From the NCBI GenBank assembly GCA_036490175.1, contig DASXEJ010000343.1:18365-82364 (forward strand): a stretch of 64,000 nt of DNA. The letters are read 5' to 3'. Made by a program: the position numbers and the translations under genes. This DNA comes from Pirellulales bacterium (GTDB lineage Bacteria > Planctomycetota > Planctomycetia > Pirellulales > JACPPG01). The notes beneath the pieces were generated by a model. It was not told the origin of the DNA. It was given only the letters and a program-made list of their open reading frames with translations, and did no database searches. Each line of letters opens with the position of its first letter. Positions within the stretch are counted from its first letter, which is position 1. This document shows positions 44,673-55,012 of the stretch, in pieces.

Positions 44673-47030
44673 TTATTCGGCGGCGGCCTGCTGCCCGGCC
44701 TGCGGCTTGGGCGCCGCCATGGCCTGCGATAATGCCGACAGCAGTTGCACCGCCGGCTGCGGGAAGGCAGCCGGGTCGGTGCTCCAGAAGTTGATCGTGG
44801 CACGCTTGCCCGAGAGCGTTACCGGCACGTGCAAGCTGGACTTGGCCCCACGTGCGGCCATCTTCTCGAAGAGCGCACCTTTGACTTTCGACAGGTCGGT
44901 GATGGCCACCGGCTTGTCCCCTTGGGCGTAATCTGCCAAGGGCTCGCCGGCGACGTCGACCGTGGGGAGCACGCTGCGGATGGTGTCAGGCGGCGGGGCT
45001 GCCTTACCGTCTTGTTCGCGGAGTTGGCCTTGGAACGGTCCAAACTTTTGCACCAGCTTGCCGTCGTCGATCGCCGTCATGCACACCCGGTCGACCTGTG
45101 GCACAGTGACCGGCAAGATAAAGCCGAAGCGTCCGAACCATTGGGCGTCTGTCAACGCCATGTGCGTGGCGGCCTTCAGGTTGTCGTCAGGATCGCCTCC
45201 CGTGGCTTTCATGACGATCAAGAACTGCTCGACGCGCGACGGCTCGCGTACGTTCTCTTGCTGGCCCAGCGGCTTCGTCAGATCTTGATGCGGATCGGCA
45301 ACCTCGAAGAAGCCAATCATCATCTCTTCGAAGGTCTGGTCACCGAAACCGACTGTGGCCTTCGAGTCCGGATTGTTCAGGTTGTGGTCCGAATTGTCGA
45401 ACTCGGCCACGCAGTCCATGCGGGTGCCGGTGGGCAGCAGCTTTGGCTCGGCCAAGCGGTAATTGGTCTGCCAGCCGAAATCGTATTGCGGCACCGAGAG
45501 GATCGTTTCGTTCTTGCCATCCGGATAAGTCACGTCGTAGCGAAACGCCTTGCCGCGCAGGTGCATGTGCGGCATCAGCGTCAGCAGCGTCGTGTCTTTC
45601 TTGAAGATGTAGCGCGACTTGACTCCAAAATCATCGGCGCCGGGTGGAATCTGAAACACGAAGTTCACGGCGCTCGTGACCACGACTTCTTGCTTCACAG
45701 TCTTGGGGTCGGCAAACTTGATACCCAGATAGCTGCGGTCCTGCTGCGTCGTACCATTGGGCGTATAGTGCATTTGGAAGACGAGCTTTGATCCGGCAGC
45801 CACCTTGCGCGCCATACCGGTTGGCAGCGGCTCGGGCCGCAACCCGGGGGCGAAAGCCGCCACAAAGTCGTTGCCCGTGCCAAGGCCGCCCGGGCCTCGC
45901 CCATCGGGCGCGATCGCGAAGATCAGGATGTGATGCACGATCGCCGGGTTGCCCGGCCGCGGCTCAATGGCGCTGATCCATTTATCCTCGGTCCAGCCCG
46001 GATCGACTGAGAACATTTGATATTCAACAACGCCGGTAGCCGGCGCATCGTAGGGCTTGTCGGCCATGTAGACGACTTCATCCGGCTCGGGGATCATCCA
46101 GCCGTCGGCAAACTTCGGCGGCTTGGACAGGTCTTTGGGATTGCCTTCGGGCGCGCCGGCGGCGACCCAGCGTGCGATCGTCGCCTTGTCGCTGTCGCTC
46201 AACCGCGCATCGTTCTTGAAATGGCCGAAATGCGGATCGGCATGCCATGGGGGCATGCGTCCAGTGCCAACCACTTCTTCGATCATGCTGGCCCAACCGG
46301 CGGCGTCTTCGTAACTGGTGAGCGTAAAGGGAGCGATCTGTCCCTGACGATGGCAGAAGACGCAGTTGTCGTTGAGGATCCGCGCCACCTGGTTCGAATA
46401 GGTGACGTCGCTGTGGGCCGCGGGCTTGCGATCGCGGCCGATCAAGCAGCCGCTGACCTCGGTCGTGGGCCGGCTGACCGTTTTGCCAGCCAGCACTTCG
46501 TCGAGCGCCGTGGCCAGGTCGCGACGCGTCGGTTCTTTGCGTTGATAGCCGGCGTCCTTCACCAGTCCGTATTGATCGTCAATCCGGCCGCGGTAGCGCA
46601 CTATGCGCGAGGCATCCAGCACCACGATTTCGGGCGTGCGCGTGGCGCCGACCTGATCGGCCACCACCTGGTTCAGATCCTTGAGGATCGGGAACTCCAG
46701 GCCGTGTTGGCGGGCATAGGCCGCTATCTCGGTCGCCGCGTCCTGACGATTGGAGTCAATGCCCACGAACACGACGCCCCGCGACTGATAGTCGTTGGCC
46801 AGTTGGGCCAAGCGCGGCGCGTAGAGCTTGGCGAGCGGACATTCGGTGCCCAGGAACGCCAGCACGACCACCTTGCCGTTGGCGGCCTTGTCTAGTTCGA
46901 ACGGCTGCCCGTGATAATCCTTGAGCGTGAACGACGCGACCTTGGTGGGGGCCGCATTTGGGGGTGCGGCAGTCGCGATCGACGGTAGCGCCAGCACGAC
47001 CAATGCCAGCGAATGCCATGAGTGTCGCAT
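44673..47030 (-). CDS. Thioredoxin-fold (redoxin) + CxxCH heme motif + PHM/DBH-like copper monooxygenase domain fusion protein
   Basis: ATG 47030 behind GAGG (the track's GTG is at 47042), then a signal peptide. Redoxin-like VVVLAFLGTECPLAKLY with a single Cys. NDNCVFCHRQGQIAPF. PHM-like ligand set VHHILIF / FQMHYT / PHMHLRGKAF / EEMMIGFF. Confidence 0.85.
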   Translation of the reverse strand: MRHSWHSLALVVLALPSIATAAPPNAAPTKVASFTLKDYHGQPFELDKAANGKVVVLAFLGTECPLAKLYAPRLAQLANDYQSRGVVFVGIDSNRQDAATEIAAYARQHGLEFPILKDLNQVVADQVGATRTPEIVVLDASRIVRYRGRIDDQYGLVKDAGYQRKEPTRRDLATALDEVLAGKTVSRPTTEVSGCLIGRDRKPAAHSDVTYSNQVARILNDNCVFCHRQGQIAPFTLTSYEDAAGWASMIEEVVGTGRMPPWHADPHFGHFKNDARLSDSDKATIARWVAAGAPEGNPKDLSKPPKFADGWMIPEPDEVVYMADKPYDAPATGVVEYQMFSVDPGWTEDKWISAIEPRPGNPAIVHHILIFAIAPDGRGPGGLGTGNDFVAAFAPGLRPEPLPTGMARKVAAGSKLVFQMHYTPNGTTQQDRSYLGIKFADPKTVKQEVVVTSAVNFVFQIPPGADDFGVKSRYIFKKDTTLLTLMPHMHLRGKAFRYDVTYPDGKNETILSVPQYDFGWQTNYRLAEPKLLPTGTRMDCVAEFDNSDHNLNNPDSKATVGFGDQTFEEMMIGFFEVADPHQDLTKPLGQQENVREPSRVEQFLIVMKATGGDPDDNLKAATHMALTDAQWFGRFGFILPVTVPQVDRVCMTAIDDGKLVQKFGPFQGQLREQDGKAAPPPDTIRSVLPTVDVAGEPLADYAQGDKPVAITDLSKVKGALFEKMAARGAKSSLHVPVTLSGKRATINFWSTDPAAFPQPAVQLLSALSQAMAAPKPQAGQQAAAE

Positions 47031-47406
47031 GGAGTACCTCACGTCCTTCTAAAGAGACTAAAGGAATCGGAGGGCCGAACGCCGCGCCAGAAATCCCAGG
47101 ACAACCGCCCAGGAAGTCGGCCTCCGCACGAATCGTAAACCAACCAGGCTTGGAGAACCATTGCAGCCGCGACCCCGGCCGGCAGGCCGTCGGGGTCGCA
47201 CTTAGTGCCAGGATTCTGCCCGCAAGACACGCTTGAGTCCCACTAGGCTCGGGTCTCAAGTCTCAATTCGCCGGATCGATGAGAATATTGGGAGTGGGGA
47301 TGCTGGCTTTCACCGGAGAATCCCCGCGGGCGGCATTCCGGCCCGATACTCTCGACGAAACCGCCATCGCTCAACGTCGAAGGTCGTCGTGCCGGTGCGG
47401 ACTAGG

Positions 47407-48783
47407 TTACGCCGCCGCCGGCTCGTCGTCACGGGGATGCGTTTTTGGGAAGGTCAGTGAGACCAGCGCAAAGCCCGTGGCGGCCACGATCATTAATCCC
47501 ACAAAGAACCAGTAGTAGCTGGCGCCGGGGAGCTTGCTCGTGCCGTCCGTTTTCTGAATAACCGTGTTGACGGCGGCCGTGACGACGTTGCCCAACGAGT
47601 TCGACAACAGCCAAATCGCCATCACCACCGACTTCATGTTCTTGGGGGCCACGGTGTAAGAGAATTCCAAGCCGGTGATCGAGACCATCACCTCGGCCGA
47701 CGTGAGCACCACGTAGGCCAGCCCTTGCCAATAAATAGTCGGTGTTTCGCCGCGCTCGATCATCGTTTGGATCCACGCCGAGATGACGAATGCCAGGGCG
47801 GTAAGAAACAGGCCAATGGCGATCTTGCGTATCGGCGTCAAACGGAACACCCGATTCACTGCCGGATAGATGGCGTAAGAAAAGATCGGAATGAAGATCA
47901 ATATCAGAATCGGGTTCAGCGTGTGTACCTGTTCAGAATGCCATTCGGTGCCAAAGGCATGCCGGTCCATCTTGTCGGCCTGCAAAATCCACTTTGTGCT
48001 GCTTTGATCGTATAGGGACCAAAAAATGGCCACGAATAGCGTGACAATCACGGGCGTGCGCAATGCACGCAAGCCTGCCGGCGTGATAGCCTCGCGAACA
48101 AAGTCCAGGCCGCCCGGCGGGGCATGCACGAACTTCTTTCGACCCATCCAGAAAATCAGAGTTGCCAATCCCATCAAAATGCCTGGCAAGCCGAAGGCGA
48201 CGTGCGGTCCATGCTTATGCAGCAGCCAAGGTATAAGGATCGTCGAAAACGATGAGCCAAAGTTGATCGAGAAATAAAACCACGAATAGACGCGCTCCAT
48301 CATGTGCGCGTTCCGCGGGCCAAACTGATCGCCCACGTTGGCCGACACGCACGGCTTAATCCCACCCGAGCCCAGGGCAATCAATCCCAATCCGACGGCC
48401 AACGCGACGCGTGGCGACAAGCCTAAGGCATTACCGGGCGCGGTTCCGCCGATGGAGAGTACCAGGTGCCCCAGGCAGTAGATAAGCGAGACCCAAAAGA
48501 TCGTGCGGTATTTGCCCAGCAATCCGTCGGACAGTAATGCTCCGAGCATCGGGCAGAAATAGACGGCTGAATAGAACCAGGACGTATTGGCCGTGGCCTG
48601 ATCCTCGGTCATGAGGTCCAAGCTGCCCGAGGCGTCCAGTAGGAACTTCGTCATGTACACGACCAGGATGGACCGCATGCCGTAGTAGCTGAATCGCTCC
48701 GCCATCTCGTTGCCGATGATGTACGGGACGCCGCTGGGCATCCGCTCGGTATCTTCCGGCACAGTGCGATATTGGGTCGACAT
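47407..48783 (-). CDS. POT/PTR2 family proton-dependent di/tripeptide transporter
   Basis: ExxERFxYYG motif (NEMAERFSYYGMRSILVVYM) and an MFS-like polytopic profile. Confidence 0.9.
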   Translation of the reverse strand: MSTQYRTVPEDTERMPSGVPYIIGNEMAERFSYYGMRSILVVYMTKFLLDASGSLDLMTEDQATANTSWFYSAVYFCPMLGALLSDGLLGKYRTIFWVSLIYCLGHLVLSIGGTAPGNALGLSPRVALAVGLGLIALGSGGIKPCVSANVGDQFGPRNAHMMERVYSWFYFSINFGSSFSTILIPWLLHKHGPHVAFGLPGILMGLATLIFWMGRKKFVHAPPGGLDFVREAITPAGLRALRTPVIVTLFVAIFWSLYDQSSTKWILQADKMDRHAFGTEWHSEQVHTLNPILILIFIPIFSYAIYPAVNRVFRLTPIRKIAIGLFLTALAFVISAWIQTMIERGETPTIYWQGLAYVVLTSAEVMVSITGLEFSYTVAPKNMKSVVMAIWLLSNSLGNVVTAAVNTVIQKTDGTSKLPGASYYWFFVGLMIVAATGFALVSLTFPKTHPRDDEPAAA

Positions 48784-48860
48784 CCTGGAACGTCCTAGTT
48801 GAATTCTGAGTCGCGGGATTGAGCGAAAAGGTTAAACAATTGTGGAGGGTCATGCGTTGC

Positions 48861-48886
48861 GAATCGGTCTGCAAACAGGCCGATTC
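48861..48886 (-). other. Stable hairpin without U-tract between the rluA-like gene and the POT gene
   Basis: GAATCGGTCTG-caaa-CAGGCCGATTC (11 bp including one G-U). Could be a terminator/attenuator or an RNA processing site. Confidence 0.35.
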
Positions 48887-48919
48887 CCAAACCTGAGCAG
48901 ATCATGGCAGGCGGGCTAA

Positions 48920-49627
48920 TCAGTCGTCAATCGGCAAATCGAGCATGCTCCATTCGGCTGCCAGTGGTGCGGTGATCGAGACCATCTCCTGGTTCATCGG
49001 ATGACGAAACGTCAGGCTGCGGCCGTGCAATGCAATCGCTCGCAGCCGCTCGTCTTCGTGTACAGGGCCAAACAGTCGGTCCGAACCGTAGAGTGTATCC
49101 CCTAATACGGCATGTCCTCGCGCGCTTGTTTGGATGCGAATCTGATGCGTGCGGCCGGTCTCGAGCTCGATCGCCAACCACGTGCCCCACGGGCGAGTCG
49201 CCAGCACGCGATAGTGCAGCACGGCTTCGCGCCCTTCGGGGTGATCGGCGGCCACCAACTCGGCGCGTGGCTCGCCCGGCACCTTGCGCACGTAGTCGGT
49301 CCAGGTGCCCGAGGCCGGAGTGACGTCGCCGGCGACGCAGGCCCAGTAAATCTTTTTTATTAAGCGCCCTTCGAATTGTTCGCTCAAGCGTCGCGCGGCC
49401 CGGGCGTGCCGCGCAAATACCATCGCGCCCGACACCGGCCGATCCATGCGATGGGGCACGCCGAGATAGACGTTGCCTGGTTTCTGATCGCGCGATTTGA
49501 TCCAGGACTTGATGCGCGCTTCGAGGCTGTCGATGCCGGGGGGCGCTTGCGTCAGCAGGCCGGCCGGCTTGCGGACCACAAGGACCGGTCCCAGTTCGTA
49601 TAGAAGCTGCACCTGCGCGTCGATCAT
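48920..49627 (-). CDS. RluA-family pseudouridine synthase
   Basis: ..LLYELGPVLVVRKPAGLLTQ.. and the catalytic motif GVPHRMDRPVSGAMVFA. ATG 49627 is preferred over the track's TTG at 49711. Confidence 0.9.
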   Translation of the reverse strand: MIDAQVQLLYELGPVLVVRKPAGLLTQAPPGIDSLEARIKSWIKSRDQKPGNVYLGVPHRMDRPVSGAMVFARHARAARRLSEQFEGRLIKKIYWACVAGDVTPASGTWTDYVRKVPGEPRAELVAADHPEGREAVLHYRVLATRPWGTWLAIELETGRTHQIRIQTSARGHAVLGDTLYGSDRLFGPVHEDERLRAIALHGRSLTFRHPMNQEMVSITAPLAAEWSMLDLPIDD

Positions 49628-49844
49628 CGGGCCCAGTGTAGCAGGGGCTCTTTGACTGGTCAGGGAGTCATGACGGACAGAACCAGCAAGACTAGCCCCG
49701 TGTGGTGACAACTGTCGCGAGCGGTGCCGCCCCCCCTTTGGCCAGGGGGCGATTGGCGGATTACAATTATCTGGTAAGCCAAGCGGCGCTTCGGCCAGGC
49801 CCCTCGCCCGAATTTTCGCCCTGCACGTGCGTTAAGGACCTTTC

Positions 49845-52800
49845 ATGCGTATTGCCGTAGCTCTCTGGCTGGGAGTGTTGGCGTGTCTCGCGCCGGCCAC
49901 CGCGTGGGCTGATGGAAATCGGCTGACTTATCTGGATTCGACCGATCCGTACTACGCGTCGCGCGATCTGCCGGTTTTGGCCACACCGCAATGGGTGGGC
50001 GAGCCAGGGGTCGAGGCCGTGGTCGTGTTGGCCATCGACGACATGCGCGGCCACGAAAAGTGGGAAGCCTTCCTGCGTCCCATCCTCGAACGGCTCAAGC
50101 AGATCGAAGGTCGCGCTCCGCTGAGCATCATGACCAACCAGATCAAGCAGGACGAGCCGCACTTGCAGCGCTGGCTGGCGGAAGGCGTGAGCCTGGAGAC
50201 GCACACAGACACGCACCCTTGCCCGCTGCTGGCCGGCGGCGATCTGGAAAAGGCGAAGGGAGACTACGATCGTTGCGTCGATCTGCTAGCGAGCGTGCCA
50301 CGCAATAAGCCGGTCGCGTTCCGCATGCCGTGCTGCGATTCGTTGAATACTCCCAGCCCACGGTTCTTTGCCGAGATATTCAATCGCAGGACGCCGGCGG
50401 GGAATTACCTGGCGATCGACTCCTCGGTTTTTCAGCTCTTTACGCCGGCGGACCCGCGCTTGCCGCGCGAGGCCGTGTTAGACGCTCAGGGGCACGAGCG
50501 TTTTCGCCGCTACCTGCCGACAGATCGCACATTTGTAAATCGGATCGACGATTATCCATATCCTTATGTGATCGGTCGCCTGTGCTGGGAGTTTCCTTGC
50601 GTCGTCCCCAGCGACTGGTCGGCCCAACATCTGCAAAGGCCGAACAATCCGCAGACGGTGGCCGATTGGCAAGCGGCGCTCGACGCCACGGTTGTCAAAC
50701 AGGGAACATTTACGCTGGTGTTCCATCCTCACCAATGGATTCGCAGCGAACAGGTCATCGAATTGATCGACTACGCGGTGACAAAGTATGGTCGCCGGGT
50801 GAAGTTTCTCAATTTTCGCGAGGCACTCGCACGGTTGGAAAAAAACGTGTTGGGGGGGCAGGCTTTGCGCGCCCCTGATGGCGCCGACAACGGCGCACGG
50901 CTGTTGGATCTCGACCAGGACGGGTATCTCGACGCGGTCATCGGCAACGAGCGCCTAAAGCAAACGCGCGTCTGGTCCACCGACAAAAAGGCGTGGCAGG
51001 TCGGCGAATTCCCAGCCATGCTGGTCGAAGTCGATAAGCAGGGGGGCCATCGCGACGCCGGTGCTCGCTTTGGCGTGGTGCGCGCCGGGGGCGCGGCATC
51101 GATGCTGATCGCCAACGAAAGCGTTCGTCACGCCTGGACGTTCCGCGACGGAAGCTGGCAAAAGGACGACGATTTGTTGGCCGGGTTGCCCTTGGTGAGC
51201 GGCCCCGTGGCTACGAGCGCCGGTGGCCGCGACCGGGGCGTGCGGCTGCGCGATCTCGATCGCGACGGCACGTGCGAACTGTTGCTCTCGAACGACACGC
51301 AGCAGGCAATCTTTGCGTTCGATGAAGAACAGAGCGCTTGGCAGCGGCCCGCGTCGTCACCCCGGCTGCCCCATTTTACTTCGATCGTCGACGCTGCGGG
51401 CCGCGACGCGGGCCTGCGCTTCGTCGACGTCGACGAAGATTCGTACGACGATATCGTCTTCTCCAATGATGTGCATTACTCAGTGCATTTGTTCCGCCCA
51501 GGATCAATCGATTGGCATCATGTCGTTCAAGGCAATCGTACCGGCGCGGCCGGCGAGGTGCCGCGCATCGTTCACGACGGCACCAACAATGGGGCCTGGT
51601 TCGCCGCACGCCATATGTGGGTCATCAACGAATCGACCGACAAGCTCAAGGACCTGGTCGACCGGCGCTCGTTCGCCGAGTGGCTAATGGATGTCGAGCC
51701 CCAGGCTAAGCCGCCGGCTGCTTCGCTGCGGTCGATGCGGGTGCGCCCTGGCTTTACGGTCGACCTGGCCGCGGCCGAACCGCTGGTGGTCGATCCCGTG
51801 GCATTCGACTGGGGGCCTGACGGCCGTATGTGGGTCGCCGAGATGGTCGACTATCCGTCAGGCTTGGATAAAGATGGCAAGCCGGCCGGTCATGTTAAGT
51901 GCCTGGAAGACACCGACGGCGATGGCCGTTATGACCGAGCTACGGTGTTTCTCGACGGCGTGGCCTTTCCCAATAGCGTCAAGGTATGGCGCAAGGGAAT
52001 CCTCGTCACAGCTGCGCCCGACATTATCTATGCCGAGGATACCGACGGAGACGGCCGCGCCGATGTGCGCGAAATTCTGTTCCACGGGTTCGGCGAGGGG
52101 AACCAGCAGCATCGCGTGAATGGGCTGACGTTCGGGCTCGACAATTGGCTGCACTGCGCCAACGGCGACAGTGGCGGACAGATCGAATCGACCAAGACCG
52201 GCGACAAGATCCCGCTCAGCTTCCGCGATTTCCGCATTCAGCCCGACACTGGCGCGCTCGATTTGCTGCTTGGTCAGTCGCAATTCACGCGAGTTCGCGA
52301 CGATTGGGGCAACTGGTTCGGGTCCAGCAATAGCGAGCCCATGTATCAGTTCGTGCTCGACGATCGATATCTGCGGCGGAACCGTTTCTTGGCGGCGCCC
52401 AACGCGCGGTTGGATGTATCGATCGCACCGGGCGCGGCACCGGTATTCCCGCTCAGCAGGACCATGCCGCGATTCAACGATTTCAACGTAGTAAACCGCT
52501 TCACGTCGGCCTGCGGGGCGATGGTCTATCGCGACGATTTGTTCGGCCCGGGATTTGTCGGCAACGCCTACGTTAGCGAACCAGTCCACAATCTCGTGCA
52601 TCGCGAGGTAATGACGCGCGAGGAAGTTCGCTTTGTCAGCCGCCGTGCGGATGACGAGCAACAGTCCGAGTTTCTGGCGTCGAGCGATAATTGGTGTCGG
52701 CCCACCATGCTGCGCACAGGGCCTGACGGCGCGCTATGGGTAGCCGACATGTATCGCGCCGTGATCGAGCATCCGGAATACATTCCCGATGAGTGGCGGA

Positions 52801-54989
52801 AGCGACTCGACCTGCGAGCTGGCGATACCATGGGGCGCATTTATCGCGTCTATCCCGTCGGGACGCCGCCGCGGCCCATCGCACGGCTCGACAAGCTCGA
52901 CACGGCCGGCCTGGTCGCGGCGCTCGATAGTCCCAACGGCTGGCAGCGCGACATGGCGCAACAGATGCTCGTGTGGCGCGCCGACGCGGCGGCCGTGCCG
53001 CGATTGAAGCAAACCGTGCAAACGTCGGCTCGCGCGCTGGCGCGCTTGCACGCGCTGTGTACGCTTGATGGACTATCGGCCATTGACGAGGCAACGCTGC
53101 TCGTCGGCCTGCGCGACGGTGAAGGGGGCGTGCGCCGCCACGCGCTTCGCCTGTCAGAGCCGTGGCTGGCTCGCTCGACTGCGGTGGCCGACGCCGCATT
53201 GCGTCTTACCGACGACTCGGACGCGCAAGTTCGCCTGCAACTAGGTTATAGCCTGGGAGAATGGCGCGATCGGCGCGCGGGCGAAGCCCTGGGCAAGATG
53301 GCCGTGGCGAACGTCGACGATCCGTACATCTCGGCTGCCATCCTCAGTTCGGTAGGACGCGAGCAGCTCGACGGCGTGGTCACCGCCGTTTTGGCGGCAA
53401 CCACCGGCCAAGAACATCTGGCCGAGCTGTTCGAGAAGTTGCTGGCCATGGCCACGGCGTTCGACGATGCCAGGGCACTCGTACGGTTACTGTCGGCAGT
53501 GGCGGAGCCGCGTGATGGGCAATATGCCACGTGGCAGGTCGCCGCGTTATCAGGTCTGCTCGATACGCTCGATCGGCGCAATTCTGGCCTGGCGAAATTT
53601 CGCGCCAAGTCAGACGAAGCTCTCAATGCAGGGTTGGATCGCCTGACGCCGATGTTCGTTTGGGCCCGTGCGATCGTGAAAGATGACAGCGGCGCGGACG
53701 AAAAACGCATCGTAGCTCTTGGCCTGCTCGGTCGTGGCACTGACCAGCAGCAAGCGGACATCGAGCTGATGGCCGCGTTATTGGTACCGAGATATTCAGC
53801 CGAATTGCAGACTGCCGCGATCGCGGCGCTGGCACAATTGGATGACGCGCGCGTACCAGGCGTTTTGCTCGCCCGTTGGAAGGGTTTTGGCGCCGACTTG
53901 CGCGGGCAGGTGCTCGACAGCTTGCTGCGGCGCGAAGCGTGGATCAACGCCCTGCTCGACGAGATCGAAAGCGGCCGTATCGGCGCGGGCGAGATCGACG
54001 CCGCCCGGCGACAACGGCTGGTCGAATACCGCGACAAGGCGATTCACGCCCGCACAGAAAAGCTGCTGGCCTCGTCCAGCCACTCGAACAGGCAAGCCGT
54101 TATCGAGGAATATCGCGCGGCGCTCGGCACGGCAGGCAATAGCGAGCGTGGCAAAGCCGTGTTCAAGAAGAGTTGCTCGGTCTGTCATCGCCTGGGCGAA
54201 GTAGGTAATGCCGTCGGCCCGGATCTTGCCGCGCTCACGGATAAATCGAGCGAGGCCCTGCTCGTGGCCATTCTAGACCCGAACCGTGCCGTCGAAAGCA
54301 AATTCGTCAACTACACCGCTGTTACATCCGCCGGCTTGACCTATACGGGCATGATCTCAGCCGAAACTGGTGCAAGCATCACGCTCGTCGGTCAGGAAGG
54401 GAAACAAACCACGATTCTGCGCGCGGATCTCGACGAGTTGGCCAGCAGTGGCCGGTCGCTGATGCCCGAGGGCTTGGAGAAGGATGTCAGCCCGAGCGAT
54501 TTCGCTGATCTGATGGCCTACCTGTCGACGACGCGTCCGCCGCGCCGCGTGTTCGATGGCAACGAGCCGAAGCTGGTCGAGCCGGAAGATTTCCGCGGCG
54601 AGTTCTGGTTGCTGGCCAGCGATTGTGAAATCTATGGCGACACGCTGGCCTATGAGCCGGTATATCGCAATCTCGGCATGTGGGGTAGCGCTAGCGATCA
54701 TGCGGTGTGGAATTTCGAAGTCGTGAAGAAAGGCAAATACGTCGTCCGCATCGACTACGCCTGCGACGACTCGGTAGCCGGCAACAGCTATGAGCTGGTG
54801 GTAGGAGATACGGTCTTCGGCGGCAAGGTGCCCGGCACCGGCAATTGGGATAGCTACCGGCAGCTCACGCTGGGCCGCGCCACGCTCAAGCCCGGACGCT
54901 ATCAGGCCGTGCTGCGACCCACGGGCAAGATCGACGGATCCTTGATGGACCTGAAGAGCGTGCGGATCACGCCCATCCGCGGGGAGTGA
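49845..54989 (+). CDS. 1714-aa secreted multidomain protein: NodB-like deacetylase + FG-GAP/VCBS repeats + PVC-type heme-binding module (beta-propeller dehydrogenase-like, HEAT repeats, CxxCH cytochrome c) + C-terminal CBM-like domain
   Basis: Signal peptide MRIAVALWLGVLACLAPATAWA. NodB motifs AIDDM / HTDTH / FRMPC. DLDQDGYLD-type FG-GAP repeats. FDWGPDGRMWVAEMVDYP. HEAT-like helical region. KKSCSVCHRLGEVGNAVGPDL. C-terminal beta-sandwich-like segment. Confidence 0.9.
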   Translation: MRIAVALWLGVLACLAPATAWADGNRLTYLDSTDPYYASRDLPVLATPQWVGEPGVEAVVVLAIDDMRGHEKWEAFLRPILERLKQIEGRAPLSIMTNQIKQDEPHLQRWLAEGVSLETHTDTHPCPLLAGGDLEKAKGDYDRCVDLLASVPRNKPVAFRMPCCDSLNTPSPRFFAEIFNRRTPAGNYLAIDSSVFQLFTPADPRLPREAVLDAQGHERFRRYLPTDRTFVNRIDDYPYPYVIGRLCWEFPCVVPSDWSAQHLQRPNNPQTVADWQAALDATVVKQGTFTLVFHPHQWIRSEQVIELIDYAVTKYGRRVKFLNFREALARLEKNVLGGQALRAPDGADNGARLLDLDQDGYLDAVIGNERLKQTRVWSTDKKAWQVGEFPAMLVEVDKQGGHRDAGARFGVVRAGGAASMLIANESVRHAWTFRDGSWQKDDDLLAGLPLVSGPVATSAGGRDRGVRLRDLDRDGTCELLLSNDTQQAIFAFDEEQSAWQRPASSPRLPHFTSIVDAAGRDAGLRFVDVDEDSYDDIVFSNDVHYSVHLFRPGSIDWHHVVQGNRTGAAGEVPRIVHDGTNNGAWFAARHMWVINESTDKLKDLVDRRSFAEWLMDVEPQAKPPAASLRSMRVRPGFTVDLAAAEPLVVDPVAFDWGPDGRMWVAEMVDYPSGLDKDGKPAGHVKCLEDTDGDGRYDRATVFLDGVAFPNSVKVWRKGILVTAAPDIIYAEDTDGDGRADVREILFHGFGEGNQQHRVNGLTFGLDNWLHCANGDSGGQIESTKTGDKIPLSFRDFRIQPDTGALDLLLGQSQFTRVRDDWGNWFGSSNSEPMYQFVLDDRYLRRNRFLAAPNARLDVSIAPGAAPVFPLSRTMPRFNDFNVVNRFTSACGAMVYRDDLFGPGFVGNAYVSEPVHNLVHREVMTREEVRFVSRRADDEQQSEFLASSDNWCRPTMLRTGPDGALWVADMYRAVIEHPEYIPDEWRKRLDLRAGDTMGRIYRVYPVGTPPRPIARLDKLDTAGLVAALDSPNGWQRDMAQQMLVWRADAAAVPRLKQTVQTSARALARLHALCTLDGLSAIDEATLLVGLRDGEGGVRRHALRLSEPWLARSTAVADAALRLTDDSDAQVRLQLGYSLGEWRDRRAGEALGKMAVANVDDPYISAAILSSVGREQLDGVVTAVLAATTGQEHLAELFEKLLAMATAFDDARALVRLLSAVAEPRDGQYATWQVAALSGLLDTLDRRNSGLAKFRAKSDEALNAGLDRLTPMFVWARAIVKDDSGADEKRIVALGLLGRGTDQQQADIELMAALLVPRYSAELQTAAIAALAQLDDARVPGVLLARWKGFGADLRGQVLDSLLRREAWINALLDEIESGRIGAGEIDAARRQRLVEYRDKAIHARTEKLLASSSHSNRQAVIEEYRAALGTAGNSERGKAVFKKSCSVCHRLGEVGNAVGPDLAALTDKSSEALLVAILDPNRAVESKFVNYTAVTSAGLTYTGMISAETGASITLVGQEGKQTTILRADLDELASSGRSLMPEGLEKDVSPSDFADLMAYLSTTRPPRRVFDGNEPKLVEPEDFRGEFWLLASDCEIYGDTLAYEPVYRNLGMWGSASDHAVWNFEVVKKGKYVVRIDYACDDSVAGNSYELVVGDTVFGGKVPGTGNWDSYRQLTLGRATLKPGRYQAVLRPTGKIDGSLMDLKSVRITPIRGE

Positions 54990-55012
54990 AACTTTTGGTG
55001 GAATCGCGCGAC

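Noticed and set aside
47169-47199. GC-rich hairpin GCGACCCCG..CGGGGTCGC in the redoxin/POT intergenic region as a terminator of the POT gene
   Set aside because: It lies about 210 nt downstream of the POT stop with no U-tract. It could equally belong to the 5' leader of the redoxin fusion gene, so it is left uncalled.
47407-48783. POT di/tripeptide transporter as part of the cyanophycin-like system (uptake of beta-Asp-Arg)
   Set aside because: It lies 41 kb from the cphA-like gene with many unrelated genes between, so there is no positional evidence. It is mentioned only as a candidate to test genome-wide.
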